This document shows, in pieces, positions 57,208 to 64,000 of a stretch of DNA of 64,000 nucleotides (the stretch's first letter is position 1; each line of letters starts with the position of its first letter). The stretch spans positions 29,264,001-29,328,000 of the forward strand of contig OZ024740.1 in NCBI GenBank assembly GCA_964016885.1, written 5' to 3'. Source of the DNA: Eledone cirrhosa. Its lineage: Eukaryota. Position numbers and translations under genes: made by a program. Below the pieces are notes generated by a model, which was not told the DNA's origin, did no database searches, and saw only the letters and a program-made list of their open reading frames with translations.

Positions 57208-57348
57208 ATGTATGTGTGTATCTGGATGTATGTGTATGTATATATATATGTGTGTGTGTGTGTATATATATATATATGTGTCTGTATGTGCATATATGTG
57301 TGTGTGTATGTGTGTATGTATATGTATGTGTGTGTGTATGTATGTGTG

Positions 57349-57389
<41 letters not shown>

Positions 57390-57411
<22 letters not shown>

Positions 57412-57913
57412 GTGTATGTATATGTATATGTATGTATGTGTGGATGAAGGTATGTGTGTATATATAGGTGTAAGTGCACTAAATCCCTTTCTATCAATCT
57501 CCCCTCTCCTACCGAGCACAGGAAGATATATGTATGTATATTGCTTCCACCCCCTCACTGACCAGCAGCTGGCCATCTGGCCATTGCTAAATTTGACCTT
57601 TATAAAATAACTCACACTCCCAAATAACTTCTCATTCACTACCAGAAGCAGTCAACGAGCTGCTACCAAGATGAAAACTACTATGAAATCCCACAATGAA
57701 TTTTATACTTGAATTTTCAAATCTCAAATTTTAACTCTTCTTATTATTAATTTTTCTTAATATTAATCAACATTTGAAAAGATGGCTTTTGCAGGCCCAT
57801 CGAAACCTGTCATTTTTTATACCCTTTATTATTTCCTTACCTTATAAAATTATATGTTTTTTCACAAAAAAGTATTCTGTCTCATATATTCCATGTGCCA
57901 TTACCAACCTCAA
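57390..57913 (+). repeat. Right arm of the inverted repeat pair
   Basis: Reverse complement of ~51976-52500; ends in (TA)n. Confidence 0.85.
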
Positions 57914-58000
57914 TATATATATATATATATTTATATGCAATAAACGTCATGTAGGTATTATATTCATTAATTATAAATATTATATATATACATACACACA

Positions 58001-58031
<31 letters not shown>

Positions 58032-58463
58032 ATGTATATATATGTATATATACATAGATATATATATATATATATATACATGCATATATACATATGTATG
58101 TGTTTTTGTATGTTAGTGTATGTATATACGTGTATATTCATATATATGAATATACATATAAATATATATATATATATATGTGTGTATGTATATACATATA
58201 TGTGTGTGTGCGTGAGTGTGTATGTGTATGTGTGTCTGTCTGTTCGTGTGAGTGAGTGTGTGTGTCAAACAGCTTTTCCTTTAAACAAGATGGATTTGGA
58301 AATGTTACGGTTCCAAACAAACTGGAACCGATACAAAAATATTTTTAGAAAAGTAATAAAATTGATTAAACTCACTCACATTCCTATTTTTTATACAACA
58401 CACACACATATAACTTATATATGTGTGTGAGTGTGTCTGTGTGAGAATGTTTATGTGTGTATA

Positions 58464-58509
<46 letters not shown>

Positions 58510-58512
<3 letters not shown>

Positions 58513-60090
58513 TGCCCCGCAAAAGTTTACAACACATTAGGAAAAGTGTGGTTTTAGGTATTTTTAATAAAGTTAGGGTAATGAAAATTTAACTTACTGA
58601 TAGAACATATAATGAGGCATTTAATGATACAATCATATTTAAAAAAAAATAACAAGGAAATAACTCATTAAGAAAAATCAATATTTTTATAACGCAAAAG
58701 TTTACAACACATTTATTAAATCATCTCTTAATATTTCGCAGCGTAACCTTTGTTGCTAATTATAGCCTGTAGGCGTTTGGAGTAGCCTCCTACAAACTTT
58801 TTGCATGTTTCTTGGCTAATATTTTTCTATTCTTCACAACAAATTTTCTTTAGTTCAGGGATATTTTGGGGTTTCCTTTTTTGAATTCTGAGTTTCAGTT
58901 CTCTCCACAAATTTTCGATCGGGTTAAGATCTGGAGACTGACTTGGCCATTTTAGAACATTTATTCCATTCGTACTTAACCAAGATTGTGTTAGCTTTGC
59001 AGTATGCTTTGGATCGTTATATTGTTGAAAAAACCAACCTGGCTTTAAGCTGAGAGAATGTGCACTTTGATGTAAATTCCTTTGCAAAATACCTCTATAA
59101 TAAGCGCCACCCATTCTTCCTTCTATTATTTCAATATTTCCTACACTTGTGACACTAAAGCAACCCCAGACCATGATTGATCCACCTCCAAACTTTACAG
59201 TTGGAATAGTATTCTTCGGCGAATATTCAGTACTTTACTTTCTCCAGACTTTTGCCACAGCATTTCGACCAAAAAGTTCAATTTTTGTTTCGTCCGACTA
59301 AAGTACGTCTTCCCAAAATGACGCAGGTTTGATGAGATCATTTGCAAAGTTTAATCGACGAAGAACGTGTTTCCTCGTAAGAAGTGGTGTTTTCCTTGGA
59401 GACCTCGAGAAGATATTATATCGACGAAGTGAAAGACTAATTGTATCTGTGCTCACTTTTACTCCACTTTCTTCTAGGTCATCCTGAAGATTTTAAAGAG
59501 TACACCGCTGTTCGTTGCCAACCTTTCTCGTCAATAACCGAGCTGCACGTTCCGTTATCTTTCTAGGACAACCAGAACTAATTAGAGGACAGATGGAATG
59601 ATGAGATTTCCAGTGACGAATTATAGTACCAACTGAACTCAATGGCACATTTAACTGACAAGGTCTACAATGCGTTTACGGAGGTCTTGATCAATCAGTT
59701 TATTTTTCCCCATATGGTCCATGTTTACAGGACGGTTGTCAATGTTTACAGGATGGTTGTCAGACAAATAATGATGTAATGTTTTTAATAGTCCTTAGAA
59801 GTTGCCTTAAACCTAATCTAGAACATTCTACTGAATTTTAAATCTGAAAATTTAAGAATTTTCTTGAAAAAAAGCGATAAATATAAAACGTGTTGTAAAC
59901 TTTTGCGTTATAAAAATATTGATTTTTCTTCATGAGTTATTTCCTGGTTATTTTTTTTTTAAATATGATTGTATCATTAAATGCCTCATTATATGTTCTA
60001 TCAGTAGTTAAATTTTCATTACCCTAACTTTATTAAAAATACCTAAAACCACATTTTTCCTAATGTGTTGTAAACTTTTGCGGGGCACTG
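58510..60090 (-). mobile_element. Tc1-family DNA transposon with ~200-bp IR/DR-type TIRs and TA target site
   Basis: TA|CAGTGCCCCGCAAAAGTTTACAACAC ... GTGTTGTAAACTTTTGCGGGGCACTG|TA; CGCAAAAGTTTACAACAC occurs twice per TIR. Confidence 0.92.
58728..59713 (-). pseudogene. DD34E transposase, disrupted
   Basis: [23 protein letters not shown] (D to Y), [15 protein letters not shown]; internal stops and a deletion. Confidence 0.88.
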
Positions 60091-60094
60091 TATG

Positions 60095-60142
<48 letters not shown>

Positions 60143-60254
60143 TTGTAATAAAATGAAAACGAAATTTCATTTCTCACTCTTAGTACGGCACTTACTTAAA
60201 TGTAAGTATGTATGTATACGTACATACATATATGTATACAGGCGTACAGTAGCA

Positions 60255-60336
<82 letters not shown>

Positions 60337-60494
60337 TACATACAGGTACACATACATATATGTACGTATCAGTTTAGCGGACGATTATTATAGCGCCCGC
60401 TTTGTTCGTTTGTAAACAAACTGAACAGCCTGAATTTATGCCGCACGGTGTTAAGGCAACCACGTCACCTTTTTGTTCAACACTGACACAGGAA

Positions 60495-60535
60495 CGATGT
60501 ACTAGTTTCAAGCTTGTTAGCTATCATCAGCACCG
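60495..60535 (-). ncRNA. Minimal type I hammerhead ribozyme
   Basis: Minus strand CGGTG-CTGATGA-T-AGC-TAACAA-GCT-T-GAAA-CTAG-TA-CATCG; palindromic stem III, GUA site. Confidence 0.75.
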
Positions 60536-60540
60536 TATAC

Positions 60541-60658
<118 letters not shown>

Positions 60659-60670
60659 GTATATATATGT

Positions 60671-60734
<64 letters not shown>

Positions 60735-60741
60735 GTGTGTG

Positions 60742-60950
60742 AAGAGGCGTGGTGAAGTGGGTAGCGAATACGAGTCACAATCGTGAGGTTGTGAGTTCGA
60801 TTCCTGGACCGGTTGATGCATTATATCCTTGAGCAAGACACTTTATTTCACGTTGCTCCTTCTACATGGAGTTGCGATAGTATTAGCAACTGGAAAGACC
60901 AACGGAAACATTGTCGCCTCGGTCCGATCTGACGACAGTCAATCGACTCC
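60742..60950 (+). mobile_element. tRNA-derived CORE-type SINE, decayed
   Basis: A-box TGGTGAAGTGG, B-box GAGTTCGATTCC, CORE-like TCCTTGAGCAAGACACTT; 3' boundary uncertain. Confidence 0.75.
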
Positions 60951-61169
60951 TATATATCTGTGTAATATATATGTATATATATATATGTGTGTGTGTATAT
61001 GTATATATATATATATATATATAAAGAATGAATAATAACAGGTAGACATCATAAAAAGGTAATGTATTCCGTGTGCTACAACCATCACTACATCTTGGAT
61101 AATCCTATACCTAATATATATATATATATGTGTGTGTGTGCGTGTATATATATATATGTGTATGTATAG

Positions 61170-61490
61170 ATGTTTTGTAAGGTTTTTTATATGAAATCGT
61201 GTGTTGAAACAAATATTGTTATATTTGGGGAGGGTCATATTGTTATAATATTGCCAGAAATATATAATAAAACGCACTCACTGTTTGGCTTAGTTTGGGT
61301 TGGCTTCCGTATATTTTATATCTCTATAGTTAATTTAACTGGCAATCAATATTTATCATTGATTGACCAACGGTTAATAATATACATATAAATATAGTCT
61401 ATGAAAGATCTTTCATCACACATCTGTTACATCATCAGTGATACTATTGTTTCCTCCAGGTGTCTCGTAATGTCTATTCCATTTTTATTT
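61170..61490 (-). mobile_element. Diverged Penelope-like terminal repeat related to 1229-1412 and 46218-46416, with a degenerate hammerhead
   Basis: GTGTGTTGAAAC..ATATTGTTATATTTGGGGAGGGTCAT shared; minus strand CTGATGA..GAAAGATCTT at ~61400-61445. Confidence 0.6.
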
Positions 61491-61587
61491 ATTTATAAGA
61501 GAGAGAGAGCTGGTGGTGTTGAATGAAATTATACACACACAGACATACATATATATAAAAACATACAAACACGCACACATATATATA

Positions 61588-61682
<95 letters not shown>

Positions 61683-62030
61683 GCAGAGGTCATATTTAAT
61701 TTGTTGAGATTCAACAACAGCTTAGTGGAGTAAATATACAATATATTAACAAATGGAAACTATATTTATAAAACCATATTTATTTTATTATACATATTTC
61801 AAGGGCTACCAAGGTAATTATGGTGCGCTTTCATCAGATAAAATACAATACAGATTAGTTTTATAAATAAATATTGACATACCAGGTATGTCAATATTTA
61901 TTTATAAAACTAATCTGTATTTTATTTTATCTGATGAAAGCGCACCATAATTTGCCTTGGTGGCCCTTGAAATATGTATAATAAAATAAATATGGTTTTA
62001 TAAATATAGTTTCCATTTGTTAATATATTG

Positions 62031-62035
<5 letters not shown>
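61683..62035. mobile_element. Family D fold-back element centred at 61884
   Basis: Centre CATACC-A-GGTATG; CTGATGAAAGCGCACCA..TGGTGGCCCTT-GAAATATGTA on each arm. Confidence 0.8.
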
Positions 62036-62097
<62 letters not shown>

Positions 62098-62099
62098 AC

Positions 62100-63040
62100 G
62101 CCAACTAAACCCCCTCTTCATATCCGACTACATACCCATCTCTCTCACTCTCTCTTTCTCTCACACACACACAACGTCCCCTCTCTCCCTAAACCACAAA
62201 ACTCTCTCCCTCTTTCTATGTCTTACTACATACCTCATATTCTCTCGCTCTCACAATTCCCCCTCTCTCACTAAACCAACAAATACTCTCCCGCTCTCTG
62301 CCAATTCATACCTCATTCTCGTTCACAATTCCCCCTCATTACACCACCAAATTCTCTCTCCCTCATTATATTCCACTACATACCTCACTCTCTCTCACCC
62401 TCACCAGGCCAATACTCTCTCTCCCCCTCGCTATATTCAACTATACACCTCAATCTCTCTCACAATACCCCCTCTCTCATAAGGTCAATAAACTCTCTCC
62501 CCCTCTCTATAACCCACTACATACCTCACGCTCTCTCACAATACCCCCTCTCTCACTAGACCACCAAATTTCCTCCCCCTTTTTATATACCACTACATAC
62601 TTCACACTCTCTCACAATTCCCTCTCTCTCACTAGAGCAACAATTTACCCCCCCCCCTCTCTATATTCCAATACATACCTCATACTCTCTCACTCTCACA
62701 ATACCCTCTTTCTCACTAAACCAACAAATTCTCTCCCGCTCTCTATATACCTCACTCACTCTCACAGTTCCCCCTCTCTCACTAGACCACCAAATTCTTG
62801 CCCCCTTTTTTATATCTTACTACATGCCTCACCCACTCTCACAACTCCCCCTCTCTCACTAAACCAACAAACTCTCCCCCTCAGTCTATTCCATTTACAT
62901 TGCGCACTCTCTCTCAATTCTGTCTCTCTCACTAGACCACTAATCTATCTTCCCCTCTCTGTATCCCAATACATACCGCACTCTCTCTCACAATTCCTCT
63001 CTCTCATGAGACTACGAAATTATCTCTCCCTTTATTACAC
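62100..63040. repeat. Degenerate pyrimidine-rich tandem repeat, ~75-bp period
   Basis: CTACATACCTCA recurs near 62517, 62593, 62671, 62745, 62820, 62896, 62970. Confidence 0.7.
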
Positions 63041-63311
63041 TACACTATTTTATACTTTGAAACAACAAATATATTTTCATCTTCTGTAAAGAACGACAAA
63101 CTTCCCCATCCCCTCTCTAACTTTTTGAACACCTGGGCTGTGGAGGAGATCTTTTTTATGGTGTGCATTTGTAGAATTATTTGACAGGAGTTTAAAATAT
63201 GTTGTAGTGGAGGGTGGTGGTGGTGTAGCGGTGTTGGTAGTAGTGTTGTGGTGGTGGTTATGGTGGTGGTGTAGTATTATTGGTGGTGTTTATTTTGAAT
63301 CTATTTATCTA

Positions 63312-63620
63312 TCTATATACTACTTATACTCTGTCATTGTGTGTTTGTCTGTAATGTAATACTGCCAAAACGGCGCATAATGGGAAAGTACTTTGAAAGG
63401 AAGTTGCCGCTGAAATGAAAAGTTTCGCGTAAATCGGAGCACGGATTCCCGAGATATGGGGGTTTTCGGGTACCTTCATAAATAGGCAACAGCTCCGTGA
63501 TAACCAATAACCCCCTCTCTATATATATTATAACCCCCCTCTCTTTCTATATATTATAACCCTCTCTTTGTCTATATATTACTAGACTACACGTGACCCG
63601 TTGGATCACGTGTAGTCTAG
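63312..63620 (+). mobile_element. Probable non-autonomous Helitron
   Basis: A|TCTATATAC start, subterminal hairpin CACGTGA..TCACGTG, CTAG|T end; no ORF. Confidence 0.45.
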
Positions 63621-63680
<60 letters not shown>

Positions 63681-63718
63681 TGTGTGTGTGTGCGTGTGTA
63701 TGCATATAATATATATTA

Positions 63719-63786
<68 letters not shown>

Positions 63787-64000
63787 GTACAGTATATGTA
63801 TATAACGTACAATCCGGCTTGGTCCTAGGGGATATACAGTACCGTAATCGGAGGAACAGAAACTTCAAGGGATGCTGGAATGTGAAATTCCAAAGATTGG
63901 ATTGGTGAAGGTCGGGCAAACGAAGGACCGTGTTGTGTGATTTTAATATCGTGAGTAAACAGGTAGAGAAAAGAAACAATATATACATGAGAGATCATGC

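Noticed and set aside
52637-57639. Long YI/CV/HT-rich ORFs up to 421 aa
   Set aside because: Artefacts of TA/TG microsatellites
58290-58350. Hairpin CGGTTCCA..TGGAACCG as a hammerhead stem II
   Set aside because: Neither CUGANGA nor GAAA is intact

Overview
This is repeat-dominated eukaryotic DNA with no recognisable host gene. A coleoid-cephalopod-like genome is my inference from the CORE-SINE, the R4/Dong-RTE-Penelope mix and the very dense TA/TG/TATG microsatellites. Zone 1 (1-16.2 kb) is a nested stack of retroelements built on (TATG)n. It holds a decayed RTE LINE with an (ATGT)n tail, about 600-bp non-autonomous RTE-derived elements (7 copies of family A in the window, 2 of family B), and three R4/Dong LINE copies that sit in the same microsatellite in the opposite orientation. 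Zone 2 (16.2-38.9 kb) is an uninterrupted 22.7-kb satellite of a 74-bp monomer with variant domains and higher-order repeats. Zone 3 (39-64 kb) is a (TA)n-rich field with two truncated Penelope-like elements, a DD37D and a DD34E Tc1/mariner, a SINE and a probable non-autonomous Helitron. It also holds many non-coding fold-back palindromes carrying type I hammerhead ribozyme motifs. The most notable signals are these ribozyme-bearing fold-back elements, including a small family whose fold points coincide with hammerhead helices, and the strand-polarised RTE/R4 nesting on (TATG)n. All calls were made by eye, so boundaries are approximate and nothing was searched or folded computationally.
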